Source: Spirochaetota bacterium
GTDB taxonomy: Bacteria; Spirochaetota; UBA4802; JAFGDQ01
Assembly (NCBI GenBank): GCA_043803405.1
Contig: JAZDKB010000029.1
Location: 8,106 to 72,105 of the forward strand
Direction: 5' to 3'
Length of the DNA stretch: 64,000 nt
Shown: positions 10,411-20,387 of the stretch, piece by piece
How positions within the stretch are numbered: the first letter of the stretch is position 1
Layout of the letters: the number at the start of each line of letters is the position of its first letter
Program-made: the position numbers and the translations under genes
The notes under the pieces: generated by a model
The model's database searches: none
The model's input: only the letters and a program-made list of their open reading frames with translations
What the model was told of the DNA's origin: nothing

Positions 10411-11952
10411 GTGTGGGTTATGAAACGTTATTTTTCTAGAGCAACATTTATTAGTTTTATTATTATTATTTTTTACTTTCCATTGGCACAAATGAAGCTA
10501 AATATAATAAAAAGTGGGTCTTTAAATGGGGTTATATTCCAAGTACAATATCCAGAACTAAACTTGACAGATTTATTATCTGGTAAATATCAAAGCCAAT
10601 TCAATGATTGGTGGAATCAGAATTTTGGTTTAAGAGCAGAGTTTACAAAAACATGTAATCAATTTTATTATGCCATGTTTCATGAAACACGTACGGGTTC
10701 TGATGTTTTTGTCGAACGAGATAAACAGCTAATCGAACATGCTTATCTTGACGTGTATTTTCAAAATCTAACTAGTACACAAGAAAGCCAATTAGAGCAA
10801 TATGTAATCGAACTTAAAAAGGCTCAAGATCTACTAAAGCAACGTGGTAAAGCCTTATTGCTTGTTATTGCTCCAGTCAAATCATTTATTTATCCAGAAT
10901 ATATACCTCATCGTCTAACTATTTTTGGGGACAAAGCAGTTAAAAATGGCTATGATGTTTTAATACCCTTACTAGGCAAATATGGAGTAAATTACGTAGA
11001 TGGTGATAAAATAACTCGAGAACACAAACAAACTGATAACTTCCCTATGTTTTCACATGGTAGTGTGCATTGGAACCATATAGCAGCTGACTACACTACG
11101 ATAGCTATGTATAAAAAAATTGGTGTGCTTTTAAATAAAAGCGTACCACAAATTTCAATCAAAAGTATCGTAGGTTCTTCAGCAGAAGGTGACGACATTG
11201 ACTTAGCACGTTTACTCAATGTTTGGCATCCACCAATAAACTACTTAGCTCCACAAGTTCAAATTAATGTAAATGAAAATGCATTTAAACCTTCAATTGT
11301 TATAAATGGTGATAGTTTTTTTACGAATATGATTTACACTTTAAATAAATATAACCTGTTTAACTATTTAGACTTTTACTTTTACTACTCAACTCATATT
11401 CAATATATGGATGGTGTGGTTAACAATTTAGGTAATTCAGGAAAAATGGATTGGAATAGTGTTCTTAGCCATGACGCCGTAGTTATTGAAATTCGCGAAG
11501 GTATGCCTTTACAAATTGGCGATGGCTTTATACATGATCTTTTAACACAACTTGAGCCGAAAAAACTAAATTTTTCTCATATAAATACTGATTATGTTAC
11601 AAAAGTACAAGATGGAGATTCCGAAAAATTTATTTTTAAAAAAGGAGCCCGTGCATCTGATACTCTTTATCTTGATACGGATACACTCAGCCTAGGGCCT
11701 GGCAAAAAATATACTTTAAGTTATACAGCAAACGGTTTTAGCACTTTGGTTTCTGACTTATATCATGATGATTTACCAAAATATCGCAATACAAATATTA
11801 CAGATACTCCGACCGGATTTTCTTTTGATTTTACGTCAGATAGTCCTAATATGAAAAATGCAAAATTAAGGTTTTTTATCAATGGCCTGGCGCAATTTAC
11901 TGATAAAGATACTATAATTTATGATATTAAGCTAACAGAACGGACTAAATAA
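10411..11952 (+). CDS. AlgJ/AlgX-like SGNH-related O-acetyltransferase with extra C-terminal domain
   Basis: N-terminal TM segment, APVKSFIYPEYIP, HWN and GDSF motifs; adjacent to the MBOAT gene. Confidence 0.75.
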   Translation: MWVMKRYFSRATFISFIIIIFYFPLAQMKLNIIKSGSLNGVIFQVQYPELNLTDLLSGKYQSQFNDWWNQNFGLRAEFTKTCNQFYYAMFHETRTGSDVFVERDKQLIEHAYLDVYFQNLTSTQESQLEQYVIELKKAQDLLKQRGKALLLVIAPVKSFIYPEYIPHRLTIFGDKAVKNGYDVLIPLLGKYGVNYVDGDKITREHKQTDNFPMFSHGSVHWNHIAADYTTIAMYKKIGVLLNKSVPQISIKSIVGSSAEGDDIDLARLLNVWHPPINYLAPQVQINVNENAFKPSIVINGDSFFTNMIYTLNKYNLFNYLDFYFYYSTHIQYMDGVVNNLGNSGKMDWNSVLSHDAVVIEIREGMPLQIGDGFIHDLLTQLEPKKLNFSHINTDYVTKVQDGDSEKFIFKKGARASDTLYLDTDTLSLGPGKKYTLSYTANGFSTLVSDLYHDDLPKYRNTNITDTPTGFSFDFTSDSPNMKNAKLRFFINGLAQFTDKDTIIYDIKLTERTK

Positions 11953-12029
11953 AAATACATAATTATTTTAAGTATCATAAATTTTTTGCAGTTAAAATGA
12001 ATTAGTTTTATAAAAATCTAAAGGTAAAA

Positions 12030-14258
12030 ATGAAGGGTTTCAATCCATTAGTTTCAATTGTAATGCCTGTATATAACGGTTCGGATTATATGCGGGAAGC
12101 AATTGACAGTGCAATAAATCAGACTTACAAAAATATTGAGATAATTGTTGTTAATGACGGCTCCAAAGATAACACAGAAGAAATAGCTTTAAGTTACGGG
12201 AATAAGATAAGATATATAAAAAAAGAGAATGGCGGCACTTCAACAGCATTGAATGTTGGCATTAAAAATATGAAGGGGGATTACTTTTCATGGCTCAGTC
12301 ATGATGACATGTATACCCCCGATAAAATCAAAAGACAGGTTGATGAACTGTCAAAATTGAATAATAAAAATACGGTAATAAGAGCCTCACTAAGTGTTAT
12401 AAATGAAAAATATGAAACAATTTATTGTACTAACTTTATTGAACATCAACAGGCATACCCATCCAGAGGAAGATCAAAATATTATCCGGTAATTTTTAGT
12501 CAGGTGCAAGGTTGTGAATTACTGATCCCTAAAGTCGCTTTTCATGTTGTAGGTTTATTTGACGAGAAAGTGTTAGTCGCACAGGATTATGAATTTTTTT
12601 ACAGACTTTTTCTTGAATTTCCCCAACAATTGATACCGGAAAGACTTGTCATTGCGAGACAAAGAAGTCAGGGGCAAGGACAGATTAAAGCTCAATTGAG
12701 GATTGAAGAATATAGTAAATTGTTTATTTCTATATTGGAGCGATTAACGGTGGAAGATATCAAGTTATTAGCTCCATCCAAGTTGGAATTTTATCGAGAA
12801 TTAGCAGAAATTTTATCAAACTCAGGCCATAATATTGCTGTTGATTATATACATAATAAAACATTATTAAATCTTCAGATTTGTTTTAAAGATTTGGTCG
12901 GCAATAAATTTAATGGCTATGATATGCACCATTACCTGAGAGCAAAAGATATTGATTCAAAAATGCTGGTCCAAAATAAGTTTTCAAATGATGACACCGT
13001 GCTTGAGTATAACTTTGATGATCACAACTCAACTCGTAATTTATTAAGAAATAAATTATTTTTAAATTCAGTTATTGTTCATTTGCATTTGATTCATAGC
13101 ATCATTCATAATAACTCTTTTGATTTAAATTATTTACCAATCATTACAAAACTAAAACCTGTAATTATTACATTGCATGATTCATATTTTTTAGGCGCAC
13201 ACTGTATACATCATTTTGATTGCACCAAATGGCAGTCCCATTGTTTTGATTGCCAATACTTAGATAAGTCTTTCGTAATCAATGACGATGATACAGCTTT
13301 AAGATTTGAATTGCTAAAACAGATAATTCAAAATTCTGCTATTACTGCACTTGTAGCTTCAAAATGGATGGAGGATAAAGTAAAATTATCTCCAGTCTGG
13401 AAAGGGAAAAGGATTTATAAAGTTCCATTCGGGATAGATCAGATGCTGTTTAAGCCTGAAAAGATATCTGTTGCGAAGAAAAGGCTCGGAATTCATCCTG
13501 ATTCTGTTACTTTTATGTTTAGGGCTATCCCAGATATGTACGAGGGGCTAGATATAATTATCAATGCGTTTCAAAAGTTAAAAACGAATACTAAGTGCAC
13601 AATTATTACAGTTGAGGGAACCGGCTTTCTGAATGGGCTTAAAGATAAATATAACATTATTGAATCCGGTTGTTTAAATAATGATAATAAGCTTGTTGAA
13701 TTGTATCAGGCTTGCGATTTGTTTTTAATGCCCTCTAAACAGGAAACATTCGGAATGATGGCAATTGAGGCAATGAGTTGCGGTAAAATGATTTTATCTC
13801 TGGCAACCACGGGAAGTGCCTTACCTGAAGTAATAAATGCTCCTGATTGCGGGATAGCAGTTGATGAGAGTGAATACTCATCGGAACTGCAGCGCCTGAT
13901 AGATAATCCAGAAGAAATCGAAGAACGCGGCAGAAAGTCGCTCGAGTTTGCAAAAAAAAATTACGACAAAGATATATATTTAGATCGAATAATAGAAATA
14001 TATAAAGAGGTGATTGCTAATCATAAAATCGATGAAAGCGTTAAATTGATAATACAACAGTTGCTAAAGCATTCAAACAGAGGCGCTTTCCCGAAAGATT
14101 CACGCTTTGCTGCATTATTTCATAAACTAATTAGGTATCGTCTTTTTAAGTACATCTGGCCTAAAATACGACCGCTGGTACTGGTCTATTATGTTTTTAT
14201 TAACAAGTTACGTAATAGTCTCAAAACCTGTTCTCGGAGAGATTCATCATTATTTTAG
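12030..14258 (+). CDS. Bifunctional GT2-GT4 glycosyltransferase
   Basis: N-terminal PLVSIVMPVYN and WLSHDD; C-terminal TLHD and PSKQETFGMMAIEAMSCG. Confidence 0.9.
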   Translation: MKGFNPLVSIVMPVYNGSDYMREAIDSAINQTYKNIEIIVVNDGSKDNTEEIALSYGNKIRYIKKENGGTSTALNVGIKNMKGDYFSWLSHDDMYTPDKIKRQVDELSKLNNKNTVIRASLSVINEKYETIYCTNFIEHQQAYPSRGRSKYYPVIFSQVQGCELLIPKVAFHVVGLFDEKVLVAQDYEFFYRLFLEFPQQLIPERLVIARQRSQGQGQIKAQLRIEEYSKLFISILERLTVEDIKLLAPSKLEFYRELAEILSNSGHNIAVDYIHNKTLLNLQICFKDLVGNKFNGYDMHHYLRAKDIDSKMLVQNKFSNDDTVLEYNFDDHNSTRNLLRNKLFLNSVIVHLHLIHSIIHNNSFDLNYLPIITKLKPVIITLHDSYFLGAHCIHHFDCTKWQSHCFDCQYLDKSFVINDDDTALRFELLKQIIQNSAITALVASKWMEDKVKLSPVWKGKRIYKVPFGIDQMLFKPEKISVAKKRLGIHPDSVTFMFRAIPDMYEGLDIIINAFQKLKTNTKCTIITVEGTGFLNGLKDKYNIIESGCLNNDNKLVELYQACDLFLMPSKQETFGMMAIEAMSCGKMILSLATTGSALPEVINAPDCGIAVDESEYSSELQRLIDNPEEIEERGRKSLEFAKKNYDKDIYLDRIIEIYKEVIANHKIDESVKLIIQQLLKHSNRGAFPKDSRFAALFHKLIRYRLFKYIWPKIRPLVLVYYVFINKLRNSLKTCSRRDSSLF

Positions 14259-14476
14259 AAATGCGCATAAAAAATGAACTGTTTATATTTTTCACCTCTA
14301 CGTGATATAGCTTTTACCTCCCAGTTTATGAGCTGTTACGAGACCACTTGTAAAGGTTAAAAAATTGTCTTGACGATGGAGTACGGTTCCAAGTTAATAT
14401 TAATATTTTATTTTATTGAAATTCGATAAAAGAATAATAAAAATTATTTTAAATAATAAAAGGAATAAAATTTGTA

Positions 14477-15373
14477 GTGGGAGTAACTAATAAAAAAATT
14501 CTTATTCTTGGCGCTTCGGGTATGCTCGGGCATACTTTGTTATATGAATTGTTGAATAAAGGTTTTACTGTTTATGGAACCGTCAGGGATATGTCAAGTG
14601 TCCGTAATCATTTTCCTAATAACATGCTCGACAAGATAATTAATAATGTTAATGCAGGTAATATCAATTTGATTAAAGAAGTAATTGATAATCTTGATCC
14701 GGATATTGTAATAAATTGCATAGGTATAATCAAGCAAATTCCTGTCTCAAAAGAGCCGTTGCCAGTAATTGCAGTAAATTCTCTTTTCCCTCACCAAATC
14801 GCCTCAATCTGTAAAGAAAAAAATCGCAAAATGATCCACATAAGTACAGACTGCGTTTTTGATGGTAGAAAAGGTTTGTATACAGAAGATGATAGATTAT
14901 CTGCAGAAGATTTATATGGAATATCAAAGTATATGGGGGAAGTTAAATATGACCATACCCTAACCATAAGAACATCTATAATAGGACATGAACTTAATTC
15001 TAAACTAAGTCTCATAGAATGGTTTCTTTCTCAAAATACAGCAATTAATGGATATACGAAAGCCATATATACTGGTTTTCCAACGGTAGAAATAGCTAAC
15101 ATTATTGCAGATTATGTTATTCCTGATCAAAACCTTTCTGGGTTATATCATGTTTCATCTAACCCTATATCAAAATATGAACTGTTGAAAATTGTTTCAA
15201 AATTCTATGGAAAGAAGATTGAAATTAAGCAATATGATGATTTTTATGATAACAAATCTCTAGTTTCTGAAAGATTTAAATTAAAAACCGGGTATAAACC
15301 GCCAGACTGGAATATTCTTATAGAAAAAATGTATGAAAATTTTAAACAATTTGGATATAAAAGAAATTTTTAA
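14477..15373 (+). CDS. RmlD-like NDP-4-keto-6-deoxysugar reductase
   Basis: GASGMLG, HISTDCVFDG, YGISK, RTSIIGHEL. Confidence 0.9.
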   Translation: MGVTNKKILILGASGMLGHTLLYELLNKGFTVYGTVRDMSSVRNHFPNNMLDKIINNVNAGNINLIKEVIDNLDPDIVINCIGIIKQIPVSKEPLPVIAVNSLFPHQIASICKEKNRKMIHISTDCVFDGRKGLYTEDDRLSAEDLYGISKYMGEVKYDHTLTIRTSIIGHELNSKLSLIEWFLSQNTAINGYTKAIYTGFPTVEIANIIADYVIPDQNLSGLYHVSSNPISKYELLKIVSKFYGKKIEIKQYDDFYDNKSLVSERFKLKTGYKPPDWNILIEKMYENFKQFGYKRNF

Positions 15374-15387
15374 TTTATCGAGGGGAT

Positions 15388-16413
15388 ATGTTCAAAGGAA
15401 AAACTTTATTAATAACAGGTGGTACGGGCTCATTTGGGAATGCTGTTCTTAATCGCTTTTTGCACACAGATATAAAGGAAATTCGTATTTTCAGCAGGGA
15501 TGAGAAAAAACAAGAGGATATGCGGATTAGACTTAACAACGATAAGGTAAAGTTTTATATAGGAGATGTACGGGATTATAATAGTGTGAATTTCGCTATG
15601 CCTGAAGTCGATTATATATTTCATGCGGCGGCTTTAAAGCAGGTTCCATCTTGTGAATTTTATCCTTTGGAAGCAGTGCGTACAAATATTCTTGGTACGG
15701 AAAATGTTCTAAATGCAGCTGTAGCAAATAAGGTTAGAAGAGTGATTGTATTAAGTACAGATAAAGCAGTATATCCAATTAATGCCATGGGTCTAACAAA
15801 AGCTCTTCTTGAAAAGGTCATGATTGCAAAATCAAGAATAGTTGGCGGAACAGAAACGATTTTATGCGGGACCAGATATGGGAATGTTATGGCATCTCGA
15901 GGTTCAGTTATACCTCTTTTTATAGATCAAATAATGAATAAAAAGCCAATAACAATTACAGATCCTAATATGACACGCTTTTTAATGTCAATTGATAATG
16001 CAGTTGATCTTGTATTGTATGCTTTTCAACACGGTAAACAGGGAGATATGTTTATACAGAAATCCCCAGCTTCTACTATTAAAGATCTTGCAACGGCGAT
16101 AGTTGAAATTTTAGGTATTAAAAATGAAATTAAAATAATTGGTACGAGACACGGGGAAAAATTATACGAAACCCTTGTCACCAGAGAAGAGATGGTTAGA
16201 GCTGTAGATCTTGGAGGTTACTATAGGGTTCCAGCTGATAATAGAGACCTTAATTATAACAAATACTTTGTTGAAGGTGAAATTAAAGTATCCGGACAAG
16301 AGGATTACAACTCCCATAATACTCATAGGTTGGATGTTGAGGGAGTAAAAAATTTGTTATTAACCCTTGAAGAAGTCCAGGATGCATTAAAAGAAATCGG
16401 GAAAAAACAATGA
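15388..16413 (+). CDS. fnlA: UDP-GlcNAc 4,6-dehydratase/epimerase (FnlA/CapE/WbjB type)
   Basis: GGTGSFG, SRDEKKQ, AAALKQVPSCEF, STDKAVYPINAMG, RYGNVMASRGSV. Confidence 0.9.
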   Translation: MFKGKTLLITGGTGSFGNAVLNRFLHTDIKEIRIFSRDEKKQEDMRIRLNNDKVKFYIGDVRDYNSVNFAMPEVDYIFHAAALKQVPSCEFYPLEAVRTNILGTENVLNAAVANKVRRVIVLSTDKAVYPINAMGLTKALLEKVMIAKSRIVGGTETILCGTRYGNVMASRGSVIPLFIDQIMNKKPITITDPNMTRFLMSIDNAVDLVLYAFQHGKQGDMFIQKSPASTIKDLATAIVEILGIKNEIKIIGTRHGEKLYETLVTREEMVRAVDLGGYYRVPADNRDLNYNKYFVEGEIKVSGQEDYNSHNTHRLDVEGVKNLLLTLEEVQDALKEIGKKQ

Positions 16414-17534
16414 AAGTGATGACTGTTGTGGGAACAAGACCTGAAATAATCAGGCTTTCCCGTGTAATTGCCAAACTGGATAAATATACGAATCATATTC
16501 TTGTTCACAGTGGGCAGAACTATGATTATGAATTAAATAAAATTTTTTTTGATGATCTGGATATTAGAAAACCGGATTATTTTTTGGATGCAGCTGCTTC
16601 ATCTCTTGCTCAAACAATAGGGAACATAATTATTAAAATAGATGAAGTTTTTGAAAAGGAAAAACCTGACGTATTTCTTGTTCTTGGTGATACTAATAGC
16701 TGCCTGTCTGTGATATCTGCTAAAAGAAGGAAAATCCCGATCTTCCATATGGAAGCCGGTAATAGATGCTTTGACCAGAGAGTTCCTGAAGAAACTAACA
16801 GAAAAATTGTCGATAGTATATCTGACATTAATATGCCCTATAGCTCAATTGCCCGTGAATATTTAATATCAGAAGGTTTTCCTCCAGAACGGATCATTAA
16901 AACAGGAAGTCCTATGTTTGAAGTGATTGAATTTTATCGCGATAAGATTGAGAAATGTGATATAGTCGAAAGACTTGGACTTGAAAAACATAAGTATTTT
17001 GTAGTAAGTTCCCATAGAGAAGAAAATGTTGATGATAATTTAAGAATTCAAAAAATTGCTGAAATTTTGAATTCAATCTGCAAAAATTATAAGTTTCCGG
17101 TAATTTTTTCAACACACCCTAGAACGAGAAAAAGGATCGATAACTATTCAATCAAATTCCATAAACTCATCAGATCAATAAAACCTCTTGGTTTTATTGA
17201 TTATATAAAGCTTCAACAGAATGCTTATTGTGTAATTTCGGATAGTGGAACAATTACCGAAGAATCCTCCATAATGAATTTTCCGGCTTTAAATTTAAGA
17301 GAATCACATGAAAGGCCAGAAGGTATGGAAGAGGGAGCTGTAATTATGACAGGGCTTAGTAAAACAAGAGTTTTAGAATCCATACCTTTAGCTATATGTC
17401 AACCGCGTGGTTTAGAACGATCATTTAAAATGGTTGGTGATTACAATGTTTCCAATGTATCTGAGAAAGTATTAAGAATAATAACAAGTTATACAGATTA
17501 TGTGAAGCGTAGGGTATGGAATATAAATGATTAA
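16410..17534 (+). CDS. fnlC: UDP-HexNAc 2-epimerase (FnlC/CapG/WbjD type)
   Basis: VVGTRPEIIRLS, GQNYDYELN, HMEAGNRCFD, SDSGTITEE. Confidence 0.85.
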   Translation: MKVMTVVGTRPEIIRLSRVIAKLDKYTNHILVHSGQNYDYELNKIFFDDLDIRKPDYFLDAAASSLAQTIGNIIIKIDEVFEKEKPDVFLVLGDTNSCLSVISAKRRKIPIFHMEAGNRCFDQRVPEETNRKIVDSISDINMPYSSIAREYLISEGFPPERIIKTGSPMFEVIEFYRDKIEKCDIVERLGLEKHKYFVVSSHREENVDDNLRIQKIAEILNSICKNYKFPVIFSTHPRTRKRIDNYSIKFHKLIRSIKPLGFIDYIKLQQNAYCVISDSGTITEESSIMNFPALNLRESHERPEGMEEGAVIMTGLSKTRVLESIPLAICQPRGLERSFKMVGDYNVSNVSEKVLRIITSYTDYVKRRVWNIND

Positions 17535-17580
17535 TGATCCTGTCAATCCACTCGTGTCTATTGTAATCCCTGTTTATATG
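17527..17580 (+). pseudogene. N-terminal stub of a GT2 gene
   Basis: MINDPVNPLVSIVIPVY matches the starts of the GT2 genes at 4798 and 12030, then similarity stops abruptly. Confidence 0.7.
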
Positions 17581-17929
17581 CCCGTGTTGATCAAAAAAAT
17601 TTTTATATTTAGGCATTTACTTTTCTTTAAAAGAAAGCTGTTCTGCATCTGGTCGTTCTCCGGCTTTTCAGTAATCATCGTCTATTTTGTTTACTTTAGG
17701 CTTTTCTGTTAAGTATGTTGTTGCTTTTAGATTCGTTTATATTTGAGATACTGTTAAGTAAAAGAAAAACACAGTAAGTCGGCGCTAAATAATATTCCGT
17801 TTTCTGATTGACATAACTAATCAGACCTGGACTTAATTTATAGACAGTACTCTGAATTTATTAATGAAAGTATAGAAAAGCACCTAAGAATCACAAACCT
17901 TTACATTTTCGGCAAAAACTGGGCTTGAG

Positions 17930-18895
17930 TTGGTATTTAATAAAGAGCCCGCGTCTGTGCAGGCTTATGAAAGGTTACTGAAGACAGTATTATCTTTAAA
18001 AATACTTTTTTTAGAGGTTTTCAAAATCAATTCTAAAACGAGATACATTGTTTTTTGTGTTGCATTAGCATGTGCACTTCTACTGGTGGATTTCGGTTGT
18101 ACACACGATGGAGTCACGACAACAGCGGTCGTATTCCAGGATGCCGTTCAAACCGGCGGGACATCGGGCATAGCCGACTCAACAGCTCTGATTCTTACCT
18201 TTGATGTTGACCCGACTACATTGGCAGTCAGCGACATCATGGTAACCGGAGCAACTAAGGGTTCTTTAAGTGGGACGGGTACAACAAGAACACTTGCTAT
18301 ATTTAACATAACGGTAGCCAACGGTGCAACTGTGTCTATTGCTATATCAAAGAGTGGTTTTACGATCACAGGTTCGCCTCAGACAGCGGTGGTGTATCGA
18401 GCACTAACTATCGGTATGGCTTATCAGGGTGGAATTATTGCCTATATCTTGCAATACGGTGATCCGGGTTATTTATCAGGTCAAACTCACGGACTTATAG
18501 CATCAACGACTGATTTAAGTACCGGAATTCAATGGTATAATAATAATTATATAGCCATAGGAGTAACAAGGACAGAACTGGGCACTGGTCAATCAAATAC
18601 TACAGCAATTGTAAATAGGCAGGGAGCGGGAAGCTATGCAGCACAACTTTGTGATGATTATACAAATGAAGACAACGGAACAGGCATTTACTCTGACTGG
18701 TATTTGCCGTCAAAAGATGAGCTGAACAAACTCTATCTAAATAAAACGGCTGTTGGTGGATTTGTCAATGGTTACCATTGGTCGTCGTCCGAGTACGATT
18801 ATATCAAGGTGTGGCTCCAGGGCTTCGCCGATGGTTACCAGGACCCCTACGCTAAGTACTATCTCCTTAAGGTTCGGGCTGTCCGGACTTTTTAA
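17930..18895 (+). CDS. Putative lipoprotein with Ig-like spacer and C-terminal DUF1566/Lcl (C-type lectin fold) domain; candidate DGR target. True start probably near 18026.
   Basis: Hydrophobic signal ending DFGC; YQGGIIAYI, DWYLPSKDEL, WSSSE...VRAVRTF terminus. Confidence 0.85.
   Translation: MVFNKEPASVQAYERLLKTVLSLKILFLEVFKINSKTRYIVFCVALACALLLVDFGCTHDGVTTTAVVFQDAVQTGGTSGIADSTALILTFDVDPTTLAVSDIMVTGATKGSLSGTGTTRTLAIFNITVANGATVSIAISKSGFTITGSPQTAVVYRALTIGMAYQGGIIAYILQYGDPGYLSGQTHGLIASTTDLSTGIQWYNNNYIAIGVTRTELGTGQSNTTAIVNRQGAGSYAAQLCDDYTNEDNGTGIYSDWYLPSKDELNKLYLNKTAVGGFVNGYHWSSSEYDYIKVWLQGFADGYQDPYAKYYLLKVRAVRTF
18761..18895 (+). other. Candidate DGR variable region (VR)
   Basis: Fixed scaffold WSSSE/W.Q.F..G.Q....K....VRAVR with intervening codons almost all ending in C or T; local rise in GC. 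Confidence 0.65.
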
Positions 18896-19221
18896 CTATT
18901 TAATCTTTTAACAATTAGGGATTATAAGAAACTTACTCTCTTAGTTGTAAATGGTAATATATTTAGATATTAAATAGCACATTCCTGATCAGTATAGAGC
19001 TCATAAAAAAATTTATAATATTTAAAAAGGAGGACGGCATCTTTTTTTAATTCCTTTTTTACATGCCGATTATTTTGATAAAAATTTTGCTGTAATAGAG
19101 AAAATAAGCAATACAAAGTTTCTTACAATACCAATTTACCATAGAGACCCTATTGGAACAGAAAGAGCACTTTTTTTAATATTTTTTCTCTTAGAATGTT
19201 AATAAAATTGAAAGAAATCAG

Positions 19222-19392
19222 ATTCACTATAAAAGCTCAACCACTGGACATTTCAGTGACCGGGAAACAAGGGATGCGGAAGCAATACATTTCAGGAAGA
19301 AGTGGATGCATGTAATTAACAAAGGTGATCTATATTATAATCCAAACCTTGCAGATGACTTTACAGTAAAGACTAATACATTCAGTGATTAA
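19222..19392 (+). pseudogene. C-terminal remnant of a GT2 glycosyltransferase
   Basis: Translates IHYKSSTTGH...EAIHFRKKWMHVINKGDLYYNPNLADDF, matching the HxESxTRG...F..KW...DPYYNPNL tail. Confidence 0.7.
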
Positions 19393-19449
19393 ATATTTTT
19401 GAAGTTTACAATAACAGGCTATTTTACATATGTATAAATGAACAGTTTA

Positions 19450-20301
19450 CTATGGTTTCTTGCATCGAAAGGCAAGGATAAAGCAATGTTCGGCATCCTC
19501 ATATAATCCGGCATTATGTAATAGTTCAGATTCTATATAGCTATGCTCTTCACAAGATTGTGGGACCCAGCCAATACCTTTAGTATCAATTATCTCAAAT
19601 CCAACGCCACTGAGAAGAACTGTCATTTCTGTTTTTGAATACTCATACTTGTGATCAGGATCTACGAAACCGCGCTGTTTCAGTCTTGCTACAGAAGAAT
19701 TAACTGTATCAAGGCACAGTATTCCTCCAGGTCGGAGGATACGGTATGCCTCTTTTAGTGCTAGGCGTGCTTCTTCCTTGGATACGTGCTCTATTGATTG
19801 ACCTGATTGAATCATGTCAGCCCAATTATCGGCTATGCTGTTTATCTTATGCATTGGGGTATATAAATAACGAATAATACCTTTTTTAAAAGGAATAGGT
19901 TCTTCATATGTCTGGTACCCTGATTGATATAGCTCATGACGATCAGTGATAGGCAAATCAACAATAATTAATTCTGAAAAATCATATGGATATCCCATTG
20001 CTACAAGTCCGCCAAATTTATTATCTCGGGCTGCACCTCCAAGGTCAACTATCCTCGATGCTTTTGGGAATGTTTTAACGAGCATTATTCTGCTGAAATG
20101 TAATGCATAACCATGCCTGGCAAAAGGCCAGGTTCCTGCTGCCATGTATGAAATTAACTCATTTTCTTTATGTAAAGAATGCTGAATAGGGATGAGTTGA
20201 TCTGCGAGGGATATAGCAAAATGTCGTTTGATAGATTCTGTCATTTTTGGCATCAGCATCTTAAACATTTTCCATAGGAGCATAATAATTTTGATTATCA
20301 T
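19450..20301 (-). CDS. Class I SAM-dependent methyltransferase
   Basis: IVDLGG, SGQSIEHV, YRILRPGG. Confidence 0.8.
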   Translation of the reverse strand: MIIKIIMLLWKMFKMLMPKMTESIKRHFAISLADQLIPIQHSLHKENELISYMAAGTWPFARHGYALHFSRIMLVKTFPKASRIVDLGGAARDNKFGGLVAMGYPYDFSELIIVDLPITDRHELYQSGYQTYEEPIPFKKGIIRYLYTPMHKINSIADNWADMIQSGQSIEHVSKEEARLALKEAYRILRPGGILCLDTVNSSVARLKQRGFVDPDHKYEYSKTEMTVLLSGVGFEIIDTKGIGWVPQSCEEHSYIESELLHNAGLYEDAEHCFILAFRCKKP

Positions 20302-20387
20302 AATTTAAAGTATCGATTCTTATTAGAAAAGTAATTATACTGTGAAATACAAAATTAACAATAAATAACTCGAGTTATTCATATTAA

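Noticed and set aside
13952..13960. A9 tract (and similar A/T runs near 1932 and 9168) as phase-variation sites
   Set aside because: Such runs are expected in very AT-rich DNA and the reading frames are intact
17581..17712. Remainder of the 61-aa ORF as a real gene
   Set aside because: It appears to be read-through from the truncated GT2 stub into unrelated DNA
17905..17985. Possible c-di-GMP-I riboswitch upstream of the DUF1566 gene (ggcaaa ... ggttactgaa)
   Set aside because: It lacks the GAAA-capped P2 stem and the GACGCAAA core
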